This document shows positions 38,621 through 52,700 of a DNA stretch of 64,000 nucleotides, piece after piece. The DNA comes from Phoronis australis. Taxonomy: Eukaryota; Animalia; Phoronida. The notes below the pieces were generated by a model, which saw only the letters and a program-made list of their open reading frames with translations, was not told where the DNA came from and ran no database searches. The stretch is taken from the NCBI GenBank assembly GCA_002633005.1, contig NMRA01000062.1:915981-979980 (forward strand), in the 5' to 3' direction. Position 1 is the stretch's first letter. Each line of letters starts with the position of its first letter. Made by a program: the position numbers and the translations under genes.

Positions 38621-39523
38621 TGGGCTACTGACTGCTCAATAGATGGAATAAATTGCACAGGTGACCGCATGGTGATATACAATAGGTAGCATAAACAATT
38701 TTCTGAAAAATAATCGTAATTTAACAACGAAGTTTGGTAGCAGTGCACCACAATTTTGTAGAAAGTCTGTCATAGGTTACTGATACGTCTCAAAGCGTAA
38801 ATTAAGTGTTTAAAATTAGTAAGTAAGTGGTGCCGTTGTATTCAAATGTATTCTGGAATACACTTGGAATTCCTTTTAGAAAATTACTTGCTTCACTGCC
38901 TTCCCTCATACTGTGCTGTCGACCTCAGATTCGTTGTGTGATCTACTGTATCGTAAATATGCATCTCGTCAGTCAGCTGTTTGTCGAATGACTGAGCACA
39001 TGTGCGCATTTATCATGGGGCAGAAACTTTCTGGTGACTACAGAGTTTTTCCTTGGCGCCTTTTTCAAACAATCGTGTTTTAAGTTTTTCTAGAAATTCC
39101 CTCACAGCGGAAGGGAATAACTTTGTAGTTGACGTTGCGAGATGGCGTTTTTGTTTAACATATATTTTTGTCAATCTGTCGCATTCCATGTCTCCTTAAG
39201 TGGTCCAATGGTAGGGCCACATATCATTGAGAAACAGAAAATAAAGTCATTTCTGCAGAGTTGGATGTGGCGATAAAATTCATTTTTGGAAAAATGCTAC
39301 TGTATAGCATTGATACTTCATGTCTCCTAATACAAAACGCAGTTCGAGTTCGATAGTGAAACAGTTTTCCCTATTCAACTGAACAATTTATGCGAACTTG
39401 TTACCTCAACAATCGTTTTTTTGAAAGTGTATCAATATTTTAGCACATTAATTATTTATTTTCCATTTGTCTGTTTAACAGAACAAGACCTGTGCATGAG
39501 GTCGAGAAAATTCAAGTAAACAT

Positions 39524-39590
39524 ATGAAGATGCCGCCATGGAGGGCTGTCTTCTTGTGGCTGTGCTTCGGAGTTCTCGTCCTTGTGCAAG
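39524..39590 (+). CDS. Signal peptide exon ([22 protein letters not shown])
   Basis: Basic N-region and hydrophobic core; GTAAGG donor in phase 1; continues as G/V-A-A-Q-C in the next exon. Confidence 0.75.
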
Positions 39591-42500
39591 GTAAGGAAGG
39601 CTGTTGTAGCCCAAACTGGTGCACGCGCCAAACTCACCTGGCGTACTCCAACTTTGACTCGGCGTGAGGAGCCCACTTAATGCTTGTGCCAAATTAAAAC
39701 TACCGTGTGTTCCCGAACTACTGCCAGAAATGTTAGAATTTCAGAAGCATTCAGGCACAAGTATGACCACGATGAGTGTACGGTCGGATGTCTTTCTGGA
39801 TACTTCGGCCTAGCGAGTATTCCCCAAACGCGACGATGCATAATATTCGTTGTATTTGACACACTATCGCAAACAAATTCAACAAATGAAAGAATAAAAT
39901 GCGGTGTGTCGACCGAATAAACGCGTTTTTGGCAATTCCTTTAAAAGGGGTCTGGGGTCCGTTCCAACAAAACTAACTTAGCTAAAACAAATCTTAACTT
40001 TTAGTAAATTTACATAAAACTTAAATTTGTCTCAAGATTGTCTCAAGAAAGAGATCTTAAGTTTGAGTTAAGTTTTTGATAAAAGTTTTGTTTTAATTTT
40101 GACTGTCGTACTGCATGTGGCAGTAATCAAAGTTTGGAAGTTAAGACAAATCTTAGACTTAAGTAAAAAAATGAACTTAAGTCAGTTTCTTGGAACGGAC
40201 CCCTGAAATACATGTTTCAGCATTTTAGTATGCATTTAGAAAGTATGAAGGTTGGTTTCTGACATTCACATCTTCTTAAATAGTGCACATTATTTTTTGA
40301 CTTTGAAAAATAAAAAATATGAGTTCCGTATATCCCCACTGCGAGCGTTTTTTGTGACGTCATTGAGGCTGCACAACTCCAAGAGATATATGTCATTGGC
40401 GGTTTCGAGTACATAATACAGCCAACAGATTAACCCGTGCATATTCACAACCTTTTTGTTTTTCTTCCCTGTGACGTTGGTGCATCCCGGGACCTAGCTA
40501 GTCAGCGAGGTGTATGAAGACTATCGTCAAAATACATTTTTGAACAACCCTGCCCATGTGGCACATACTGAGCCACAACACCACGTTCCCTACAATATCT
40601 CTTTTTATCACTCCGGCTGGTCTGCTCACTCAGCTTGTCCGGAACCTGCTTTGCAGGTTGTTATAGCCCAGTTGGCTGTTTGGTGTACCCACTTGGTACT
40701 TTATATGATATTTGCCCATTTGGCAGTTTGTACCCACTTGGTACTTGTTATTGAATTTGCCGCTTTGCTCGACCCAGTTGGTAGGCAATCGGCCAATACC
40801 CATTTGGTATTATGTACCCATTTGGTACTATGCTAACCTGTGCCACTTAGTATCCGATACTCAGTTACACTTTGGGTATCGGAAATGTGTGTGTTATCTC
40901 ATGTAATTAAGGAACCCATCTGGTTCCTTCTGTGAAATATTTATTTGTAGAGCTGTGACCCTGAAATTCCCAATACAACTTAAAATATTTATTATTCTTG
41001 TTGTTTTATTTGTCCCTAATAATAAGGTACAAGTGTGCTAGACCTCGAAATTTCACACAGCCCGGGAACTTCCGCTCGTCACCTCGTCGTGATTCTTATG
41101 TCAACGTGAGCTCGACCGTGCAGATAAAACTCAACATGTATAGCTATATACCGGCGGGGGTGGATGCATAATCTGGGGTTAAACCGACACTCGCCTTGCC
41201 CGCTGCAGCCGTTTAAGTGAAAAACAATCTAAAAACGTCATTTTCTTGCATGATTCTCGGCTTTTTTAACAAAAAAGTCACTCGTCATTTTGAAAACAGT
41301 ACGCTTGTGACATGTGCCATTTCCTAAAATTTTGCGACATCTCTTGAGAGATGATTATACCTTTGCTGCAGCAAAATAAGTTCTGAAATTCGGTTTTCTG
41401 GCATTAAAATACTAAACTCGTTTGATATACGAGAATCTTTTTGGGACACCTTGTATTACGTGAATATTTTGTTTTCGGAAAGTTTGAGAGACCAGAGGCA
41501 ATCATATGTCATGCTCATCTGTATCTCTTATAGTGAATAAATAGTTACCAACTGTTCTTTTCTTTCAGTCGCTGCACAATGTCCACCGCCTGACGATACC
41601 AATGCGTTTTCATCGCACAATGTGTCCTCGTCGTCCCCAGAAGGGACCGTTGCTGCATACACGTGTGAACCTGGTTATGAACAAACCGGTGGCAATGTTA
41701 TCAGAACGTGCACAGCCGGATATTGGACCGGAAGCGCTATTGTTTGCACAGGTTGGTCAGACATAGCCGAGTTGAGTTATTGATCGTGAATGATACTGCT
41801 CTCAGCGGTGAATTGTCAGTGTCATTGGAACTTGTTGAACTAGTCTCGCATCCAATAAATAGCCTTTGATCTCAAGATTATCTGCTTACGTGTGGATGAA
41901 AATTTCGCGTGAATTTCCATATCCTATTAATTTACTTAACGATAAACATTTATGTATATTCACATCCTTTTTATAAACGGCTAAATATTTTATGCCGTGG
42001 AAAAGGACTAGAGTCTGTTTTTTAAATGATTTTCCCGCTGGTCAATTCATGAAGAATTGCTCGCATGATGCTAAATTATGCATGCATGCCTTTAGAAATA
42101 TATCTTGCGTGGACATTAAGCGAAATATTTAAAATCAAAATGCTCCTTAAACATGAGTCATCACCAGACGGGTTATGCATTGTTGTCCGACAAAGACTCT
42201 CCATTTCAATTACACCGGTAACAAATTCGTGTTTTTGTTGATGAGAAATGTGTTCTCGACAGTCTGGTCGCTGGAAATCTCGGAAATTTGATTATTTTTC
42301 TGAAATTATTGTCTGGAGGGCAAAACAAAATTTCTCTTTTTTATGTAAGTCTTTAGTCACTTTTCATGAAACAGATCCCTGTTTTGTCTTCTCACCATTC
42401 GACTCTAAAAGGAAACCCGATAACCCGAGACCACGCAACATCACGCGAGTGAAAACCTCGTGTATCGTGAGTGTGTGCGAGACCTTATTATCGTGACCTG

Positions 42501-43691
42501 GCAAAATGATGGCCAGCGAAGTGATTGGTTAATGAAACTGGAATGCTGAATTATGGGATAGAATTCAAAGTTTCCGTTTCATGAGCGAAGATTTTTAGCC
42601 GCAACTGCTTCGTAAGCATTTGAGGCCTTGGGTACACACTAGCCCAGCCAAAATATCGCGAGAAGCTCATAATTCACTGGATGACGATGATTTGTGATTA
42701 GAGTCTTCCCAGCCATGAGATTCCACGTCGTTGGCAAAAATTTTAGCATTTTGCACAAGAATATTATGGTAATTACTGAAACGACTGTAGTCATGATGCT
42801 CTTGTGAACTCATTTTGACGACTTTTTCAATTATCATTTGCTATCATGTTTCAAGGAGTGAGTTGTGGTGCTCCTGACGTAACAAAACACGCAACTGTCA
42901 CCTCAACTACTAACCAGGTCGGTGACACCGCCAACTACGCATGTGTTTCTGGTTACGTGCGATACAGCGGCGATATGACACGAACATGTCAAGCCGACAA
43001 GACCTGGAGTGGTACTGCGCTGGCCTGTGGCAGTGGATTTAGTTCAAGTAAGTTACTACATGATTGTGTTTTGTAGATTTGCCTTTTCAGCATAGTAACC
43101 GTTGCATATGAGATGGGACATGTCAGCTGCAAATAAAAAAACTGTATATGTATCGCTTCTTGAATGAACGGCTGAAGACTCTGTGATCTTAACTGCTAAT
43201 GCTTGTACATTTGCATAAACTCGACGAGAGATGTCAACCTCAAATGTAGTCACGCTAGTGTCTTCGACAGGCTCAAACACACAACTTTTCAGGATAATTT
43301 CTGACGGTACAAATTATGGATTTTCGAATCAATATTTTAAGTTGTTTGCTAGTCTTGATGATTTACAAAACTTACAGAAGATAGAACCCGAATAACAGTC
43401 CACACCTACACTCAGCAGTCTCCACAGCATGTTTGGACGCGTCACTGTGTCGAATGCGAATTTTGCCGTGACGAGTTTGGCTTAATTGCGTCGAGTTTGA
43501 AAACCTAAGTAACAAGTTTAAATTATTTGGAGAATATTCATTTCGTAAGCAACTTAGGACATCTTGGACTTTTGGTACCAGTTCAGTGTACTTATTCCAA
43601 GAATTTTAAGTGTTGAAACACACACACATACACACACACACGCACGCACGCACGCACGCACGCACGCACACACGCACGCGCACGCGCACGC

Positions 43692-43722
<31 letters not shown>

Positions 43723-46700
43723 TCTATTTGTCCCTGGAAATTACTTTGAATACATGTTATCTCTCAGTTTATGCAACTGCTCAGTTCCATGGCAGTACTA
43801 GCCAAACCAATCTCAAATCTCATTTGAAACACAGAAATTAAACCAGAACCATGGCTATGTCCTGCACCAAGTGTTCTTGGACGAGTAAGCCATTTTTTCG
43901 TAATAACCATGAAGCTGAGATTGGTTATACTATCCGATCTTTCAGTGGGTAAGTATTACTTTGTTGGGGAAACTTAATAATTGGCACCTGGTCTGTAATT
44001 GAACGAGGTACAACGCCGCGATCCAGACAAAGGTCGCTTGTTCTCAAAGGGAATTATTTGGCCGCAAGAGAAAGTTGTCTAGATGCTGAGCTCCATTTTC
44101 ATAACCATTCTTTTGACATGAAAGAATGGTTATGATTCCATATCGATAGAAAAAGAATGGCCGAGTTTAACCATGATTAGATAAGAACTGCAACTTGTTT
44201 GATACTGGTAAGATCAACCCCCTTACAATTGAACTAGACCTGCGCTTTTGCAGCGAAGTCGACATGAACTAACCAGCACGAAATCATCTCAATAAAGATT
44301 CAAAAATTTCATATCTTGTTTAGGAATTCATTTGGATGGTGCATTACCTTGAAAAAATAGTTTGGTGAAATACCAAAAACAATTTAAAAAGCGAACTGTA
44401 TACTATGATAAGATATCCTAATTTCATCTGCATAAAAATCCAAAACTTTTTTAAAGCATTTTGACTAAGAGCTTATTATCTTGAACTGAACAGCTTACGA
44501 GATGTTGAGAAGCAAATTGTCAGTTATTGATCTTGGATCTGTGTTGCCCAATTCCTCTTGTACTACTTATTTTTTTACTCTTCGATGTTGTCTATTCATT
44601 ACAGCGCCTCCTACGGCTTTGCAACAATTGCCATCTCAACAGGTCTTAGCAAGTGTTGTTCCGTCTTCTCAGCAGCCATCACATAGTGTGACTGCATATT
44701 CTCAGCAAACCACAAGCAATGTAGTTCTATTTACCTCTCAGCAACATTCAGAAAATTCAGCTGCGTCTATTGCTCAGCCTACATCAACTCGAATAACCTC
44801 GACAAATGTTGAGTTTTCTTCAGTACAGCCGTTAAGTAGCACTGCTGTACATGCTTTGCAACATCTATCAAAAAGTGGAGGCTCATCTCTACAACCGTCA
44901 GCAGCTCTAGCATTATCTTTTCGACAAGTGCCAGCAAGCACTGTCGTAGCTTCTTCACAACCTCTATCAACGACTACAAATGCACATTATCTGTCACCTA
45001 CTGAGGCATTAACATCGTTTTCTCAACAGGTGCCATCAAACGTTACTACGCCTACTTTTCAACAATCGTCCCCAACTACAGTTGCGTCACCTCAACAAAT
45101 ATCATCTAATGTAGTCTCGGGCGTTGCAATGCCTGCTTTTCACAAAACGTCAACAGGAACAACTGCTCCTTCTCAGCAACCATCAAGTGTTGCTACCTTA
45201 GCTTCTCAACAATCGCATCAAATTAAGTCCGCATTGTCTCTAGAACTTTCCATGACTGCAGGATTGTCTTCTCATGAGATGTCAAGTTCAGCTAAAGCGT
45301 CACAAAAAACTAAGTTAGTTTCTACACGTTTCGTTGCATCTTCCAAACAGCCAACAAGAAATATTTCTGCGCCTGCCTTTCTGATTTCGTCAACAAAAGA
45401 GCCCGCAAATTCTCATCCTATTTCGTCTTGTAGAGTGTCAACAAGATTGGCTGCAACTTCCGAACAGTCTACGACAAGAGTTGAAGCAACAACCACCCAA
45501 CAATCTGTAGAAATACAATCCGAACTTTCTCAATCACCGGCATCCGGGTTGCCTGCTGAACACTTGTCAACAAGTATCGTATTATCTTCCAAGCAGCAAT
45601 CGACAAGCGTTACTGCATCTCGCAATCAACTTGCGTCATCTGATGCAATGTCTTCCCACAATGTGTCAATACTTATGGTTGAATCACACGAACAGCGATC
45701 AACAGGTAGTGCTCAATCTTCAAATCAAACGTCGTCACTAACATTTTCCCTATCGCCTGATGTGCCTTTAAATCGTATTACGTCATCTAAACAAGTGTCA
45801 ACAAGCTTCGTGGCATCGTCTGAACATCCACCAAGAAGCGTTGAAGCGTCCGACGCTCAAATATCATCATCAACAGGACCCCCATCTTATCATCCTCAGC
45901 CTTCTGATATAATATCTTTTAAACAGTTGTCAACAAGTATATTTCTGTCCTCAAAACAGTCAGTAGCAAATGTTACTGCTTCAGCTAATCAACAACCCTA
46001 CCCGATAATGTCAGCATCTGCTCAATTTCCGTCACACATAATGACTTCTAAACTTGTTTTGACAAGTCTCGAAATTAGTGCGTATTCTGAACAACAATCA
46101 GCAAGTTTTTCTGGATCTGCCAGTGAAAGAGCATCACCTGAATTTCTGTCATCTGGTATAATGCAATCTCAACAGGTGTCAACACTTATTGTTGCACATT
46201 CTAAACTTCGGTCGACAAGTGCTTCTGCATCTCAGAGTCAACAATTATCAACCACAACAAGCGCATTTTCCCATCCACTGTCAAGCCGAATTATGTCGTC
46301 TAAACAAGTGCCAACAAGTACTCGTGTATCTTCTAAACCAAACTCTTTGAGCACTGAAACATCTGTCACTCAGCATGTGTTACAAACGACACAAGCGTCT
46401 TTTCGACCTCTATTATCTGGAACAATGTCTCCTATAAAGGCGTCGGCAGATATTGTCGCAGCTTCCGAAAAGCACTCGACAGACGTTTCTGCATCAGCCA
46501 CTGTCCAGTCGTCACCAATTGTTCCTGGATCCTTCATTTGGCTTTCATTCTCTTCAGGTAAAATGTTTTCTACACAGGTGTCAGACAATGTGATTGCGTC
46601 TTCTAAGCAACCATCAATAAGCGTTGCTGTTTCTGCTACTCAACGAGCATCGCCAACAACACCTAGATCGTTTCAACCTCCGTCATCCAGTGTAGAGTCT

Positions 46701-49700
46701 TCGAGAAAGGTGTCAGTAAGTACAGTTGCTTCTTCTGAACATAGACGAGCAATAACAGCTGCATTTTCCACTCAAGAATCGTCACAAGTAGCAGCTGAAT
46801 TTTCTCAACCACCGTCAACTGATATCATGTCTTTTAGACAAGTGACAACATCTTCTGACGTTTCTTCAGAACATCAATCAAGCTTTGCTACGTCTACCAC
46901 AAATCGATTATTATCGACAGCACCTGTATATTCTCCCCCTCCGTCATCTTTGATAAAGTCTTTTAGCCAGGTGTCGATAGTTGGAATTGCCTCTTCAGAA
47001 CACCCACTGACAAGCGTTGTTGCATCTGAAACTCACCAAACGTCATTTACATCACTGCCATCCTCTCAACAACTAGCATTAAGTAAAGTTTCTTTTACAT
47101 TGGTGTCAAAAAGTATTGTTGCATCTTCAGCACAGTCATCCGCAACCTTGGCTTCTTCCTCTGATCAATCGTCATCAACAGCACCTGCATTTTCCAATCC
47201 ACTCTCAAGTAGTGTGTTTTCTAAACAGATGTCAGCGAGTGTGCTCGCATCTTCTGAACAAGGGCCAACAAAATTTGTTGCATCTATGAGTCTTCAATCA
47301 GCAGTAGAACCCACATCTGATGCGCTGTCAGCTCGTGTCGCATCGTCTATGCAACTGTCCAAAGGTATCGTTACTTCTTATGAACATTTCTCCACAAGTG
47401 CTGCCGCATCTACCAACAAGTTATCGCCAGCAATAGCATTAACATCTTCCCAAACGATGTTGTCTAGCATTTTGTCTTCAAAGCAGGTGTCAACAAGAAT
47501 GGGTACAACTTCTGAGCTGCCATCCGCAAAAGTTCAAGCAACAACCACCCTACAGTCTGTGGCTTTTCTATCTGGACTTTCTCAATCACCGTCATCCGGC
47601 TTGCCTTCCGAACACTTGTCAACAAGTATCGAGTCATCTTCCAAACAGCAATCCACAATCGCAACTGCATCTCGCACACAACTTGCTTCATCTGATGCAT
47701 TGTCTTCCCACAATGTGTCGGTACTTATGGTTGAATCACACGAACAGCGATCAACAGGCGTTGCTCAATTTGCAAGTCTAACGTCGTCACTAACAGTTCC
47801 CCTGTCGTCTGATGTGCCTTTAAATCGTAATACGTCATCTAAACAAGTGTCAACAAGCTTCGTGGCATCTTCTGAACATCCACCAAGAAGCGTTGAAGCG
47901 TCTGGCGCTCAAATATCATCATCAGCAGGACCCGCATCTTTTCATTCTCAACCTTCTGATATGACATCTGTTAACCATTTGTCAACAAGTATATTTCTGT
48001 TCTCAAAACAGTCAGAAGCAAGTGTTTCTGCATCAGCTATTCAACAATCCTACCCAATAGTGTCAGCATCTGCTCAGGCTCCGTCACACATAATGACTTC
48101 TAAACTTGTTTTGATAAGTCTCGAAATGAGTGCGTATTCTGAACAAAAATCAGCAAGTTTTTCTGTATCTGCCAGTGAAAGAGCATCATCTGAAACTTTG
48201 TCATCGGGTGTAATGCAATCTCAACAGGTGTCAACACTTATTGTTGCGCATTCCAAACTTCTTTCGACAAGTGCTTCTGCATCTCAGAGTCAACAATTAT
48301 CAACCACAACAAGCGCATTTTCCCATTTACTGTCAAGCCGAATTATGTCGTCTGAACAAGTGCCAACAAGAACTCATGTATCTTCTAAACCAAACACTTT
48401 GAGCACTGAAACATCTGTCACTCAGCATTTGTTACAAACGACACAAGCGTCTTTTCGACCTCTGTTATCTGGCACAATGTCTCCTATAAAGGCGTCGGCA
48501 GATATTGTCGCAGCTTCCGAAAAGCCCTCGACAGACGTTGCTGCATCAGCCACTGTCCAATCGTCACCGATTGTTCCTGGATCCTTCCTTTGGCTTTCAT
48601 TCTCTTCAGGTAAAATGTTTGCTACACAGGTGTCATCCAATGTGATTGCATCTTCTAAACAATCATCAATAAGCGTTGCTGTTTCTGCCACTCAACGAGC
48701 ATCGCCAACAAAACCTACATCTTTTCAACCTCTGTCATCCAGTGTAGAGTCTTCGAGAAAGGTGTCAGTAAGTACAGTTGCTTCTTCTGAACATAGACCA
48801 GCAAGAACAGCTGCATCTTCCAATCAAGTATCGTCACCAATAGCAGCTGAATCTTTTCAACCACCGTCAACTGATATCATGTCTCTTAGACAAGTGACAA
48901 CAACTTCTGGCGTTTCTTCAGAACATCAATCAAGCTTTGCTACATCTGCCACAAACCGATTATTATCGACAGCACCTGTATCTTCTCCCCGTCCGTCATC
49001 TTTGATAAAATCTTTTAGCCAGGTGTCGACAGTTGGAATTGCGTCTTCAGAACACCCACTGACAAGCGTTGCTGCATCTGAAACTCACCAAACGTCATCT
49101 ACCTCACTGCCATATTCTCAACAACTAGCATTAAGTAAAGTTTCTTTTATATTGGTGTCAAAAAGTATTGTTGCATCTTCAGCAAAGCCATCCACAACCT
49201 TGGCTTCTTCCTTTGATCAATCGTCACCAACAGCACCTGCATTTTCTAATCCACTCTCAAGTAGTGTGTTTTCTGAACAGATGTCAGCGAGTGTGCTCGC
49301 ATCTTCTGAACAACGACCAACAAAGTTTGTTGCATCTATGAGTCTGCAATCAGCAGTAGAACCCACATCTGATGCGCTGTTAGCTCGTGTCGCATCGTCT
49401 ATGCAATTGTCAAAAGGTATCGTTACTTCTTATGAACATTTCTCCACAAGTGCTGCCGCATCTACCAACAAGTTATCGCCAGCAATAGCATTACAATCTT
49501 CTCAAACGGTGTTGTCTGGCATTTTGTCTTCAAAGCAGGTGTCAACAAGAATGGCTACAACTTCTGAGCAGTCAACCGCAAAAGTTCAAGCAACAACCAC
49601 CCCACAATCTGTGGCTTTACAATCCGGAATTTATCAATCACCATCATCCGGCTTGCCTTCCGAACACTTGTCAACAAGTATCGTGTCATCTTCCAAACAG

Positions 49701-52700
49701 CAATCCACAATCGCAACTGCATCTCGCACACAACTTGCTTCATCTGATGCATTGTCTTTCCACAATGTGTCGGTACTTATGGTTGAATCACACGAACAGC
49801 GATCAACAGGCGGTGCTCAATTTGCAAGTCTAACGTCGTCACTAACAGTTCCCCTGTCGACTGATGTGCCTTTAAATCGTATTACGTCATCTAAAAAAGT
49901 GTCAACAAGCTTCGTGGCATCTTCTGAACATCCACCAAGAAGCGTTGAAGCGTCTGGCGCTCAAATATCATCATCAACAGGACCCGCATCTTTTCATTCA
50001 CAACCTTCTGATATGACATCTGTTGAACATTTGTCAACAAGTATATTTCTGTTCTCAAAACAGTCAGAAGCAAGTGTTTCTGCATCAGCTACTCAACAAT
50101 CCTACCCAATAGTGTCAGCATCTGCTCAAGTTCAGTCACACAGAATGACTTCTAAACGTGTTTTGACAAGTCTCGAAATGAGTACGTATTCTGAACAAAA
50201 ATCAGCAAGTTTTTCTGTATCTGCCAGTGAAAGAGCATCATCTGAATCTTTGTCATCTGTTGTAATGCAATCTCAACAGGTGTCAACACTTATTGTTGCG
50301 CATAACAAACTTCTGTCGACAAGTGCTTCTGCATCTCAGAGTCAACAATTATCAACCACAACAAGCGCATTTTCCCATTTACTGTCAAGCCGAATTATGT
50401 CGTCTGAACAAGTGCCAACAAGAACTCATGTATCTTCTAAACCAAACACTTTGAACACTGAAACATCTGTCACGCAGCATTTGTTACAAACGACACAAGC
50501 GTCTTTTCGACCTCTATTATCTGGCACAATGTCTCTTATAAAGGCGTCGGCAGATATTGTCGCAGCTTCCGAAAAGCCCTCGACAGACGTTGCTGCATCA
50601 GCCACTGTCCAGTCGTCACCGATTGTTCCTGGATCCTTCCTTTGGCTTTCATTCTCTTCAGGTAAAATGTTTGCTACACAGGTGTCATTCAATGTGATTG
50701 CATCTTCTAAACAACCATCAATAAGCGTTGCTGTTTCTGCCACTCAACGAGCATCGCCAACAAAACCTACATCTTTTCAACCTCTGTCATCCAGTGTAGA
50801 GTCTTCGAGAAAGGTGTCAGTAAGTACAGTTGCTTCTTCTGAACATAGACCAGCAAGAACAACTGCATCTTCCACTCAAGAATTGTCACCAATAGCAGCT
50901 GAATCTTTTCAACCACCGTCAACTGATATCATGTCTTTTAGACAAGTGACAACAACTTCTGATGTTTCTTCAGAACATCAATCAAGCTTTGCTACATCTA
51001 CCACAAATCGATTATTATCGACAGCACCTTTATCTTCTCCCCCTCCGTCATCTTTGTTAAAGTCTTTAAGCCAGGTGTCGACAGTTGGAATTGCCTCTTC
51101 AGAACAACCACTGACAAGCGTTGCTGCATCTGAAACTCACCAAACGTCATCTACAGCACTGGCATCTTCTCAACAACTAGCATTAAGTAAAGTTTCTTTT
51201 ATATTGGTGTCAGAAAGTATTGTTGCATCTTCAGCACCGTCATCCGCAACATTGGCTTCTTCCATTGATCAATCGTCACCAACAGCACCTGCATTTTCTA
51301 ATCCACTCTCAAGTAATATGTTTTCTAAACAGATGTCAGCGAGTATGCTCGCATCTTCTGAACAAAGACCAACAAAGTTTGTTGCATCTATGCAATTGTC
51401 AAAAGGTATCGTTACTTCTTATGAACATTTCTCCACAAGTGCTGCCGCATCTACCAACAAGTTATCGCCAGCAATAGCATTAACATCTTCTCAAACGGTG
51501 TTGTCTGGCATTTTGTCTTCAAAGCAGGTGTCAACAAGAATGGCTACAACTTCTGAGCTGCCATCCGCAAAAGTTGAAGCAACAACCACCCCACAATCTG
51601 TGGCTTTACTATCCGGACTTTCTCAATCACCGTCATCCGGCTTGCCTTCCGAACACTTGTCAACAAGTATCGTGTCATCTTCCAAACAGCAATCCACAAT
51701 CGCAACTGCATCTCGCACACAACTTGCTTCATCTGATGCATTGTCTTCCCACAATGTATCGGTACTTATGGTTGAATCACACGAACAGCGATCAACAGGC
51801 ATTGCTGCATCGGCCACAGTCCAGTCGTCACCATTAACTCCTGGATCCACCCTTCCGTTTTCTTCTAGTGGAATGTTTTCTACACAGGAGTCGGGCGGTA
51901 TGATTGCGTCTTCAAAACTTCCGATGAGTGTTGCTGAATCTGCCACTCAACGAGTGTCGCCCACAACACCTACATCTTCACAACCTTTATCATTTAGTAC
52001 AATGTCTTCGAGACAGGTATCAGCAAATAACGTTGCGTCTTCTAAAAAGACACCAACAAACGTTACACATTCCATTCAACATTCGTCACCAATAGCAGCT
52101 GGATCTTCTCAACCACGGTCAACTGATATCGAGTCTTCTAAATGGGTGGCGTCAACTTCCATTGCAACTTCAGAACACCAGTCAAGTTTTGCCACATTCA
52201 CCACTAAACTATCACCACCGTCATCTGTGATAAAATCTTTCAAGCAGGCGTCAATAAACATTGCATCATCAGAACAGCCATCGACTCGCGTTTCTGCATC
52301 TGCCAGCCAACAGCTGTCTTCATCAGCACCCTCACCTTACTCACCCTTAACACGTTTAACATCGCCTAAGCTGATGATAAATACTGTTTCATCTTATGAA
52401 GAAACGACAATGAGTTCTTCAGCTTATGCTTTTCAACAACTGTCAGCAAGCATTCTAATTCCTTCTCAACAAACAACAAATCCAGTTATCTCCTTTACAT
52501 CTCAAGAACCTCCACTTAATTCAGCCGCATTTTCCTCTCAACAGCCTCCGACAAGTGTTTTCTTGACACTCTCCCTGTTGTCAGTCTCTGTTGAACATTC
52601 AATTCCACAACTTCAATCTCAATTATTTTCAAACACGTCCTCACCACTCGTGATGCTTTTAAGTGCACTTAATTCACGACGGTTGTCGACCAGTATAGGC

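Noticed and set aside
43564-43801. His/Thr-repeat ORFs
   Set aside because: Artefacts of the (CA)n/(CACG)n microsatellite.
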